Assembly (NCBI RefSeq): GCF_004010195.1
Contig: NC_057751.1
Coordinates: forward strand, 10,896,617 to 10,960,616
Direction: 5' to 3'
DNA: 64,000 bases
DNA from: Chiloscyllium plagiosum
Taxonomy: Eukaryota
How positions within the stretch are numbered: position 1 is the stretch's first letter; the number at the start of each line of letters is the position of its first letter. The position numbers were made by a program, and so were the translations under genes. Positions 52,860 through 64,000 of this stretch are shown here, piece by piece. Under the pieces are notes generated by a model that saw only the letters and a list, made by a program, of their open reading frames with translations, had not been told where the DNA came from and searched no databases.

Positions 52860-54215
52860 TATTAGTCAAGAATACTGGTGGGCGAGGTGAGTGGCTGATA
52901 CTACGGCAGATGGAGTTCAATGCAAGCAAATTTGACGTACTCCATTAGGGATCAAAAAAGTACTTTGCACATAGCTTACAGGGGAAAGATCCAGAGTTCT
53001 AGCTTCGGTTCAAAGTCCAGTGATTCCCGGGCTGGAGTGTTGAGGTGCATAGATCATTACAATTTCACTAACATATAGGAAATAATCAAAGTAACTCATT
53101 AGAATGCTGCCCTTTGTGTCTGGACAACTGGAATACAAAGAAGCCGAAGTTATGGTGGTTAGCCCACACTAGGAATAGATCTGGGCATCACATTTCAGCG
53201 AGTATAGTTAAGGGAGAACAGCATAGGTTCACAATGATACCTGACTTCAAGGGTTATGTTATGAGGGATTACACAAATTTATTATCTCTTGTATTTATAA
53301 ATTAAGGAGTGATATGATCTAAATCTTCAACATATTAGCAGGGAAAGAGGGGATAGCTAAAGATTGTCTGATCTCCAAACAGTGGAAATAGACTTTCAGG
53401 AGAGATGTTAGGAAGCACTTGTACACAGAACAGATGATATAGTTTTGGGACTCTGTTCCAGAAGTGGCGTGGATGCTCGACCAGTTAACTTTACTTGTAA
53501 ATTTATATTTCCTAACCTTAAATCTAAGCCAAATAAAGTATTGTTCATATACAAATGTTATGGCTGCGAGAGTAGGGCAGAAGCTGGGAATCATGCAGTG
53601 AGTCACTCATTTCCTGACCCCCACAGCCTACCCCTCATCGACAAGGCACAAATCAGGAGAACGATGGAATACACCCCAATTGCCTGATGGGTGCAGTTGC
53701 AACCTCATAGCCGGATTATTTGACACCATATGCATTCCCTTCATCACCAATACACAGTTGCAACAATATGTACCACCTCCAAGATATACTGCAACAACTC
53801 ACCCAAGACTCCTTCAACAGCATCTTTCAAACCTGCAACCTTATTGCAGCCTGCAAGTAGCTTTCCACATCACACCCCAACGTTGACGCGAAGACATAAC
53901 AGTAGAAATTAGGCAATTCAGCCCATTGAGTCTGCTCCACCTTCAATCATGGCTGATAAGTTTCTCAACCCCTTTCTCCCCGTAACCTTTGATCTGCTTG
54001 ATACTCAAGCACCTATCTCAGTCTTAAATATACTCAATGACCTGGCCTCCGCAGCCTTCTATAGCAATGAATTCCATAGATGCACCATTCTGACTGAAGA
54101 TGTTTCTCCTTATCTCCATTCTAAAAGGTCTTCCCTTCACTCTAAGGCTGTGACCTCCGGTCCTTGTCTCTCATACCAATGGAAACATCTTCCCAACTCT
54201 GTCCAGGCCATTCTG
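52860..54215. mobile_element. Cluster of decayed LINE fragments in MRPS24 intron 1 (CR1 +, L2-like +, CR1 3' end -)
   Basis: tggcagatggagttcaatg-like RT motif, KAQIRRTMEYTPIA, and an inverted CR1 tail. Confidence 0.65.
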
Positions 54216-54425
54216 TATTTCAGATTTCCAGCATTTGCTGTATTTTGCTTTAATTTATCAAAGAGATGAACCTGCAAAGTGATATTGTTTATTTCAACTA
54301 TTGAGTGTTAAGGAACACAAGCTTCAATAAATCTTACTGAAGACAAAAATGCTTTATTTACTTGTATTTAATTGCATATGCAGTTTTTTTTAAAAAGTGA
54401 TTCACATTTGAAAATTGCATTTCAG

Positions 54426-54494
54426 GTTTTGTCATCTTGGCAATGTGAGGCTGCATGGAGAAGGGCTATTCACACAACAACATCATGCTTCAAG
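54426..54494 (+). CDS. MRPS24: MRPS24 exon 2: VLSSWQCEAAWRRAIHTTTSCFK
   Basis: 69 nt, tttcag| and |gtaaaa, phase 0-0. Matches human VLSW...AWRALHTSPVCAK. Confidence 0.93.
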
Positions 54495-55073
54495 GTAAAA
54501 GGATTACATCGGTAATAATCTGATTATTGGCATCTGGTGAATTCTGAACAGGCAGATGAAGATAATTATCAGGAATTATACTGAATCATTGGCTGACCTG
54601 AAGTAATCTTGATGAACCTATAACTGGTGAAACCTATTACCAAGCAATATTGGGACAATGATGGGGCTGGGGACTGGTGGGGAAACAGAGGGGGAGTTGA
54701 CCAGAGATTGTAGATTTAAAATACTTCACAGTGGGCAGCTATGTGGCTTACAGCTTGCAAGGGCTGGTGTTCCCATGTACCTGCTGTCTATGTCTTTCCC
54801 AGTGATAGGGATGGTGGTTTACAATGGCTGTTTTCAAGGAATATTGCAGTTAAGATTAGGGAGGAAATAAACAGTAGAAGCCACAATCAAATCAACCATG
54901 ACCTTAATGAACAGAGCAGCAGACTGAACAAACCCAGTGGCCAAATCCTGCTCTGAATTCCTCAGTTTATCTGATACTACTGTCACTGCATTGGGGGTGC
55001 ACCTTTCAAATTTTGGGGATATGATGCAGACAATCTAACTATTTTGTGTTCAGATTTTGAGAGAGTTATGAAA

Positions 55074-55771
55074 TGTTATGACACGGTATGACACGGTATA
55101 AACCAGCAACACAAAAAAGATTAGTCCTGTGCAGTCATCTGTGAAAATTCAGGAGGTCAAGAACTATTTAAAGTAAAACTTAACCACTTCATTTCTTAAA
55201 GTATAACAGAGAATCTGCAACTAAAAACTATCTGCAACTCCTTCCTTTCACCTATCTTTTACCTTCCCGTCTATAATACCAATCCGATAATCGGTGGGGG
55301 GGGGTGTTAAGATTTATCAGAAATTCAAGTTTTCAAAACCAGCCATCTGTCAAATTTTGTATTTGGATCTTCCTGTGTCGTCTTTTCTTCTTCTTGGGGA
55401 TTTCTGCTTCATTGATTATTGATTGATATTGGTACCTTTAAGAGAGCTATTCTCCGAGCAGACTGAAGATGTCGTTGGCTTGGTAGTTCTCCTCCAACTG
55501 TTCAATTTTCCCCAGTCTTATACCATTGTATCATTGGCTTTTCAGATTGTTAATTACAAAATTCAAACTTCATTGGAGTTTGGTATTTTCCGGGGTGTAA
55601 TTTAAACTGATTGGCTTAATTCGAATTTGTTTTGTTGTCTCCAGGCAACCAGTTAATAGAGTTGTTTGACCAGATGTTACATTATATCTTTCAAGAACAC
55701 TTGGTGCTGTTAGGTAGTTCTGCTAGCTTTTAACTCTGTTAAAGGTACAGTGCACCCACATCTTCACAACA
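55074..55771. mobile_element. Solo LTR (Gypsy-like) with 4-bp target-site duplication
   Basis: TGTT...AACA termini flanked by GAAA on both sides (55070-55073 and 55772-55775). Related to the 11946 and 36053 repeats. Confidence 0.8.
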
Positions 55772-55837
55772 GAAAGGATGGATTAAAAGAAGCTCAGTTT
55801 ACAAGGAACAAGCGCTAAAGATTACTGCTTTTCCTAG

Positions 55838-55949
55838 AATCGAGCAGCTCGTGTTCGTGTTGGAAAGGGTGATAAACCAGTTACTTATGAGGAGGCACAT
55901 CCACCTCACTTCATTGCTCACAGAAAAGGCTGGCTGTCCCAACACACCA
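55838..55949 (+). CDS. MRPS24: MRPS24 exon 3: [37 protein letters not shown]
   Basis: 112 nt with AG/GT boundaries; near-identical to human uS3m. Confidence 0.97.
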
Positions 55950-56029
55950 GTAAGTGACTCCTAATTTAATTTTTTTTTTGGATACAGTATTGTGTTCTGA
56001 GCCTGGCTAGTTAAATATAAAATGCCCCC

Positions 56030-56700
56030 CAGAATTATGTACAAGGAGCAGTATAGTTCACTAAAATGTGGTTGTATGGTGACGCTGTGAGAGGCATTAA
56101 ACTTGCTCTCTGATTACATATAAATTTGGAGCAGAAGGAGGCCATTAAGTCCCTCCTGTTGGCTTTGCCATTGAATAAAATCATGGTTGATCTGATAGTG
56201 TCCTCAATTCCACATTTGGTCTTACTCTCCATCATCTTGGATTCCCTTGTTACTAAACAGTCTGTTTCTCTCTGCTTTAAAAATTATGACCCTACCTTCA
56301 CCATTCCCTCAGCAGAGACTTGCACAGACTCTCAAACTTCAGACAGCAAAATCTCCTCCACTCTGTCTCTGACGTTAAAAAAGGTCACTTTTAAAATGTG
56401 CTCTGTAGTTCTGGTTTCTCTCATAACAGGAACACAGTCATTTCAACATCCATTTTGTCAAGTCCTCTCAGGATCTTCTTTGTTTCTCTTTGTCTCACTA
56501 AGATTGGAGTTTAGAAAATGTGTACAGGTACATCCTGTCCAACCTTTCCTTCAAAGAAATCTATCATCCCAGGTAGCAGTGAAGTGAACTATGTCTGAAC
56601 TGCTTCTACCGAGTTATATCCTAATAATGAAACCACAATTGCGCATGTTCTTGCAGATGTAGGAACACGTATATCCCAAATACAATACAATGTAGCCAAG
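56030..56700 (-). mobile_element. Old CR1 3' fragment
   Basis: Inverted CR1 tail (gcagaaggaggccatt...aaatcatggttgatct) and decayed C-terminal coding. Confidence 0.6.
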
Positions 56701-57053
56701 CGACTGTACTTCAACATTCTATGTTTTGCAGAGTTACTTTAACACAGCAACCTACTTGAGAATCTATGCATGATGATATTAATAGTTATTATTAATATCA
56801 ATTTAATAATGAACAAGGTTATACTTAAGTGTTATTTAATCTGCTTCAAATGTTCTGTTTTCAATATGTTCTACAATCTGCAGTTAATAAACAATCATTA
56901 ACTTTTCACACTGTTGGTTCTGGTCAGACTTGCCTGAGAGTGGTGCTGTTGAGCACAATGTAGTCCTATTTGTAAGAACTGGCATTAGGTTTCTGGTACT
57001 TAAGGACTGCCAGTGCAGTTAGAACGATAAAAAATATCTTGCTCTTGATTCAG

Positions 57054-57337
57054 GCAATCTGGATGGTGAAGAAGGAGCTGCAGACCGTACAATTGAGGAT
57101 GTTTTCATCCGCAAGTTTATTTATGGAACCTTTCACGGCTGTCTCGCCAATGACGTGGTTGTGAAGAGGAGAGCAAACATGATTGTCGTCTGCGCCATCT
57201 TCATTCAGAAATTGCCACCTCAAAAGTTCTATTTCCTGATCGGCTACACAGAGACTCTCCTCTCAAACTTGTATAAATGTCCTGTCAAAATGGAAGTGCA
57301 GACAGTGGATAAAAAGATTGTATATAAATACATATAA
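57054..57337 (+). CDS. MRPS24: MRPS24 exon 4: SNLDGEEGAADRTIEDVFIRKFIYGTFHGCL...KCPVKMEVQTVDKKIVYKYI*
   Basis: attcag| acceptor. Spliced CDS is 30+69+112+284=495 nt, giving 164 aa plus TAA; homologous to mitochondrial ribosomal protein S24. Confidence 0.97.
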
Positions 57338-57651
57338 CTGAATGCACAAAAAAAATGACCAAAAAGCACAAGCTTTTGTTATTGACTGAGTATTGTAACC
57401 TGTTTTTTTTTCAATTTGCAAAGATTTCTGCTTGACTTGATATTTGGGGTACCAGATGGAAAGTGCAGCAGTCATTTACGTGGGGTATGGAGGTTTTTGT
57501 TTTGATTAAGTTTGTCCCTTCAGCCATGTTGGCAGAAATTATTCGATGTGTCTGGATGCAAACTGTGAACTTTGTCAATGCAATACTAAGGCCAGTGATC
57601 CTTGTACCCAAACTTGTGACAAAAGAGACAACAGAACTTAAAAGCCAATTC

Positions 57652-57657
57652 AATAAA
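57652..57657 (+). terminator. Probable MRPS24 polyadenylation signal
   Basis: First AATAAA seen after the stop, ~315 nt downstream. Confidence 0.6.
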
Positions 57658-58539
57658 TTGCTGAACACTGCTAATCATCTCTGGCTGCATTTATTCATTG
57701 GATTCACTCTGTCCTGAGGAAATCAGGAAATATTGGTGGACCGATTTGGATGTGCCACCTTCGTTCACTATTCATTGAGAAATAGTTATGTTGGCCTTTG
57801 AGTGAGGGAAAGAAATGTTGAGAACAGTGTCCCACTATGACTGGTCGTTAAGTAATAATGGTGAATAACAGGTTGTTTCATTCTGTGGACAGAGATAGAA
57901 CTCTTAACATTAGCAGTATTTTCCATTTGGCAGCACCAAAATGTCACAAATAGCCCCAGGCATACAGTCACATCAGTAAAATCATGTCCCAGAGTGATCT
58001 GACATTCTTAAAATTCCTGCATGGATCTTTTCCTGTGAATAAACAGCTTACTGTCAGATTCTGGTACTGCATTCACATGACTATAATCGACCCAGCAGGT
58101 AGCAATTATTAAATATTTTAATCATGGGCTGCAAATAGAAGGGAAATGTTATGAAGGACATTTTTCCACCACAATTTTGAAGGGTTAGTGCAATATGCTG
58201 CCTTCTTTTTGCCTTCATTCCAATGGTCAACAGCAAATCTGCATTTTATTATTGTAGTGTTTTGAGATTTTCTTTACTAATTTTCCACAACTCTGAAGCC
58301 AGTATACTTCTATGGTTAAGATAATTTAAAAACACAGCTGTTCTGAAGACAGTTTGCGGTCCAGTCATGGATTAGACTCGTCAGTCAAATTCTATTGTTT
58401 ATTTCTATCCTTTTTACAGTAAATCCTCTGCTAATTTTTAAATCAGTTCCACACTCAAATTTAATCATTCCTGAGGGCTTTTAGGAACCAACCCTCGCAG
58501 CTGGAGAGGACTGACTGCTAGTTTACAGTACGAGTAAAT

Positions 58540-59250
58540 GGCAAGACTTACATTCATTAGCATATCCCTCATCTCTTTCGCTAGTGGTAGCCAGTTTCTT
58601 GGGGAGATTTGAATGGAGTTCCAGAGTTTTGATCTCATAATAGGGAAGGAAGAGCAATATTGTTCTTTTGACTTGGAAGGGAGCTTATGGTTGATTGCTT
58701 TTCCAAGTGCCACGTCAAAGACAGAGGTTGGACAGTGCTGTCCTTATGCATCGTTGATTAAGAGAACGTTGATGGTGATGACTGGGGTGTCAATAAGCGG
58801 GTTGCTTTGACCTGAATGGTGTCAAGTTTCTCAATTTCTGTTGGATCACATTCATCCAGGCAACAGTGAGTATTCCAGCACTGTCCTTATTGGTGCCTTG
58901 TCAATGATGGACAGACTTTGGAATGCAAGGAAATTAGTCACTTGCAACAAAATGCCCAGCATTGGACTGGCTGTTGTAACTAACATATTTATAAGATGGT
59001 GGGGGATTCAGTGATAGTGATGCCATTCAATCTCAAGTCAACAAGGTTCACCTTATTCATGTCTCAGGTAGTCATTGCCTGGTTCTCGTGTGGAATGCAT
59101 ATAATTTGTTACATACCAGCCCAAATCTGAATTATGTCCAAGACTGCTTCAGACTGCTTCATCAACTGAGGAGTTACAAATGGTGCTCAGCATTGTGAAA
59201 TCATAAGAGAACAGCTCCACTTCTTGGAAGGATATTCATTGATGAAGCAG
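58540..59250 (-). mobile_element. Old L2/CR1-group LINE 3' fragment
   Basis: Diverged homologue of 18663-19510 (gtgacttggagggga, gtgccttgt..atg.tggacag.ctttg). Confidence 0.65.
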
Positions 59251-59902
59251 CTAAAGAAAGACAGAGTCGTAGAGATACACAGCACAGAAATAGACCCTTC
59301 GGTCCAACTGTCCCTGGTTGATCTAAGACCCATGAGGTTCATTAACTTGTCTAAGGGAACCAAATCTGCTGTCCTTACCTCATCTGAACTACATGTGACT
59401 CCAGATCAATAGCAATGTGATCAACTCTTAAGTGTCCTCTGAAATGTAGCAAGCCACTCAGTGCAAAGATAGTTAAAGCGTTGCTTGCATTTATATTACA
59501 GCTTATAACAGAACAACAGACTATTCAGCCCAACAGGTTAACAAATGAGGCTTATTCTTCATTTGAGCCTGCTCCTTCACTCAAATCAGCTCGCATCAAC
59601 TTGTGAGCCTCCTATCTCCCTCATGCCTTTGACCCAGGTTCACCTTGAATGCAGCTGTACTATTCAACTCAACTTGTGTTTACCAGCTTCCTGGGCTCTG
59701 TCAGGTTGCTGCAATAAAGAAATCTTTTAAAGTATTACAAAGCCCCATATATTTCTTAAGGGAAGAAGAAGCATATACTTACAAGGTTCACTTCCCCAGC
59801 TGTTCTTCAAAGAAAAATCCATTTGATTGGACTTGTAAACCAAATCCATGTCTATTTGCATTCCACCTTTGGAATCCACAGTTGAGTCTTAGTCTCGGAG
59901 GC

Positions 59903-59999
59903 TTCCTGAAGAAGGGCTCATGCCCGAAACGTCGATTCTCCTGCTCCTTGGATGCTGCCTGACCTGCTGCGCTTTTCCAGCAACACATTTTCATCTCTG
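59903..59999 (+). mobile_element. PLE family A short element, intact hammerhead core at 59906-59933
   Basis: CTGAAGA-A-GGGC-TCAT-GCCC-GAAAC-GTC. Confidence 0.8.
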
Positions 60000-61299
60000 A
60001 GGCTTCAGAAGAGAAAGTAAATCTGGTAGTTCTTCAATACACTCAAACTTCTTTCCCACAGTAAGGATTGATAGAAAAAAATGAAATGAAAGGAAAAATC
60101 TTGATAACTCTAATTTGCTACTTCATTATTGGCACAGTGCCCTGTAATTTTCAAAGGACTGAAGTGCATACAGAGGATTAGTGATTAACTTTGCCCAACA
60201 ATGCCTGGCGACAGCATATCACCACCGTTGGTGGTATTTTGAAGGTGGTGGAGGGCTCTATCCTTCAACTAATGCTGTTTTTCTGCTAGATGGTTTTACC
60301 AAAATGGCATTGATACGATACCAACCAGCGAAGTGGCTGGAAAGAGTACAGTATGAGATTACATTGTACATTAGATAGTCTGAGCATTGACTACCTTTGT
60401 TATCTTGTCCCACCCTCCTTTCGTTATACCACTCAGGCCAGCTCAGAGTTTTCCAGAACGTTCAATAGGGAATAATTCTGGATGTTTGATGCACCAAAGA
60501 GTACAGCAAGGACAGGCAGGTTAGTGGATTAGCCAAACAAAAAAAAAAACTGCCTTGCCATGTTCAGGGATGTGAAGGCTTGGTGGATCAATCATTGCAT
60601 AAACCCATGTAGGGTTGAGGTTGGTGATGGTTGGGGTCTTGGGTCTTGTGGAGGGGGGAGGGGGCATGCAGAGTCCTGTTCTCAGCGTCAAAGCAGATTT
60701 GATGGGTTGAATTGACTCCTGCTAAGGATTTTATGAAAAATAGCACTTTCACTCATCTCTTGGGGTTTCTACCAACTCACTTGAATGGTTCTGTCAAATT
60801 TTCTTCTGTTATTCATTACCGTCCACAGTCAAGTCCAAACATTATATCTATTGTATAATTTCCATAAGATTCATCTTAATTAGTTCTGTCCCTTCGTCTG
60901 TGCTGTCTGCTGCTATCTTGCATAAACTCCAAGGTGAAGTAAACAGCACATTAAAACCTTGACAAAGTTCAATTTGCACTTACCTGCATTGGTTCTCCAT
61001 CTCGACAAATCACCCTCCAGCCCAAGACTCTGCCCTTAATGTTCCTTTTCTCCAGGATCTCTGGAGGATCCAGTGCATCTCTGACTCTCTCTGCAGCCAC
61101 TTCAGTCCTATATTTTGGAGATCACTCTCAAGATTTCTTGAAATTTAATCCATCCAGCTTTCAGTCATCCTTAACCTATCTGGTTCAGCCTCAGTATTGT
61201 TCATAAAATACATCTGGATTTTTGATCAACATATAAAGCACATTTTGCCAGAGTAAAAGTTATGCCTCTATTAAACAAGCGTAGAAATCAGAACCTCCA

Positions 61300-64000
61300 T
61301 TTAAACACTGAGATTGTTTATTGAAATTAATGTCAAGCAAGTCTGTATATTTCCCTTTCAGATCAATGGAATGTCATTACAAATCTTCAGAATGAACCTT
61401 TCATGAAAGCAAATCATGGCAAACTTCCAACTGTAACCTGAAATAAAATTTTCTTTAAGAAAAAGAGCCATCTCAGTGACTGATCATATACAAAAAAAGA
61501 TTCAAACAATCCTACATTCAAACACATAGAATACAGTCACAGGCTAGATTACAAGCAGTCCAATTAGTGAGGAGAGGGCAATGTCCATGTACATTCAGTA
61601 AAGCTCCAAGTTTTCACATACTGTGCAATTACATGTGGAAATTACAAGGTTTAAGAGCAGCAGTCTTCAAACTCTGAACAACAACAAAACATCTTTGCAA
61701 CAGTACACCCCAAGTGGTTCAATAAGGGAAATTAGTGTTAGTGTGTTCGGTCAGCATTCTGAATCTCCCAAGTCCTGTCTTTTCTTCTAAAGCAGGTAGA
61801 TTTTCTCAAAAAAAAACATGCTCATTTATAACAAGCTGTACAAATGCCATCTTTTAAATAAATTGGAAATACAAAAAGAATCTGTTTTTGATTGCTATGC
61901 AACTTCATCCTATTGTACAGGTATTTGCAAGAAACACCACTACTTGATAATGAGCTATATTGACTTGCAATTCGTCAACCATTCATGGCAATACAAAAAT
62001 ATACTGCAGCACCATCTACCTATAAATAAAGTTACAAAAACAAATATAACTGAAACGATACTGAACTTTCAAGTAATAATATCTTAAACACTTGGTGTGA
62101 AGCCAGGTATAAGGAGAGCGACGGTTTCGTACCAGTGGTGATTCTAATGAATCAACGTCTTTGAGTGGGATTTTAATGTGTTTTCTCTCGCAAATACAAC
62201 TTTACAGCATCCAAAGAAGGAAATGTTAAGTGCAATATCTTTTCTGAACTTTATAGCTGAGGCTTTAAAAAAAAACAAAATCCCTTGCTACTTAACGATG
62301 GATAAAACCGATAGGTTATTTGGACCTCACTGTCACCATCATTGAGCAGCCACGTGGGAGTTACTGATGATTAAAGAAGAGGAGTATAATTTTGAGCCAG
62401 TAGCTTTGGCCATGGCAAGGGAAATTCTGGTGATGAGTTGAACCTCCTCTACTATGAGGGCTTCCCTCAGATACTTGCCCAGAAGTGACCACAATCTGAC
62501 TCACCTAAGGCATCTGAATGCTGAAGAGATGGCAAAAGGTCATCCCAGACAGTCATATGCTAATTACAAGGTATATTGAAACACATATTGGAGTTGACAA
62601 TCTCACATCCCAAGTGAGCCGACAACTTCAAATCTGCAAATGCTATCTGAGCCAATTGCCTGAGGTGTCTGCTCCTGCAGCATGCCCAGCCTGCCGAAAC
62701 AGAAAAACAACCTATCAATCTAACTTGACACTTGACAGTGATTCTCTAGTTTTTTTTTGTATGTAAATTGTTGTTTAGAACAAATCTGATTATCAGAAAG
62801 TGCTTCATTTTATGGTGTTTTGTCCATCCACAACTCTGCACCTCCACCCCCCCTTCCTGAACCCAGTACTGATTCTTCAGTTTGAAGTTTAAAAAGCTGG
62901 CAACTGAGCTTTCGGTCCTCAGACAGTGACACTGAACTGAACTGAACAAAAGACATCCACCTCCAGGATTGGTGAAGACCATCTGAAATGATCATACTCT
63001 CACTGCCTCTACCAAAGAACCTATCAGAGATCCACTGCAAACGCTGCTGTGATACATTGACTGAAACCAAATGACAAGCCAGGCTTAGTTTACAGGTCTC
63101 TTGTTGAAAGGGCGCCTTGTACAGTCAATATCAATTTGCCTCAGATGTAGGTTTTCTCGCTGAGCTGGAAGGTTCATTTTCGGACGTTTCGTCACCATAC
63201 TTGGTAATATCTTCAGTGAGCCTCCGGACAAAGTTCCGTCCGGAGGCTCACTGAAGATGTTACCTAATATGGTGACGAAACGTCTGAAAATGAACCTCCC
63301 AGCTCAGCGAGCAAACCTACATCCAGAACCTCAACCTAGCTACAAATCTTCTCAAAACTCACTATCAATCTGCCCCTTTTATCAATGTCCTAACTCTTTT
63401 CTCTTGGAAGGACGTAACTCATGCCAGAACTGCAATCAGTCAAGCATTACCATCCCTTCTAATATTAGTTTCTGGAATAATTATCACTTCAGTTTGCTCA
63501 AATCTGACCTGCCCAATCTTAGAGTACTTCAATTTCCTACATGCAATCTCTTACAGAAGATCAGATGTCACAGTTCACTATTTGCCTCAATCCCTTTTGC
63601 ACTGATTTAATTTGAACCCATTTCCTATCATACACACACTCAAATATGATTCACTAACATCATGCTTTAAATAAGTATCAAAGTCACAATTAATTAAAGC
63701 AATGCTATAAGTGCAGAACTGTTCCCAGTTCTAAAATTACCCCAAGTTGTTGCCTTTTTTTTTCAGTTTTTATTTAAATGTTTGTCCCCATTTCACTCAA
63801 ATTCAAAGCTTTCAAATGTTGGTACTTACAATATTTCTGTTCTCACATTAAAAATTCCATATATTAAAATCTCAAGGCCAATCCTATGTTCTCAATTGAA
63901 GCAAATGCACTGCTCTAACCAAATAAATACTTGGAAAGGGAACAATGGACCAGGGCCCAAGGAAGAATAAATCAATTTTCAGATAAACACTCTCTTTGTT
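61300..64000 (-). other. Probable 3' UTR of an unidentified convergent gene
   Basis: AATAAA on the minus strand at 61322-61317, followed on + by long repeat-poor sequence that is U/GU-rich on the minus strand. No coding exon recognised. Confidence 0.45.
63144..63361. mobile_element. PLE family C palindromic insertion with two hammerhead cores
   Basis: gatgtaggtt...gagcctccggac is mirrored by gtccggaggctc...aacctacatc, plus a tail. Same family as 11607. Confidence 0.87.

Overview
Vertebrate genomic DNA, AT-rich and repeat-dense. The repeat content (HE1-type V-SINE, CR1 LINEs with GACTCTAT tails, Penelope-like elements) points to an elasmobranch; this is inference. The window holds the 3' half of CAMK2B on the + strand: four in-frame, phase-1 proline-rich linker cassette exons (7820, 16463, 17717, 22998), three hub-domain exons, and a non-coding last exon. 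A CpG-island promoter and the complete four-exon MRPS24 gene follow (+, 164 aa), then probably the 3' UTR of an unidentified minus-strand gene. The rest is CR1, RTE and L2-like LINE debris, Gypsy-like LTRs, SINEs and Penelope-like elements (PLEs). Main observations: (1) an expanded array of four mutually similar betaM-like linker exons with shared splicing motifs; (2) a candidate microexon whose first codon becomes a stop depending on the upstream exon; (3) an AT-rich CpG-undepleted patch just before the hub exons, possibly an internal promoter; (4) three PLE families carrying minimal hammerhead ribozymes, often as long palindromes. Within CAMK2B these ribozyme cores are intact only on the antisense strand. 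Repeat boundaries are approximate; exon boundaries were read from splice sites.
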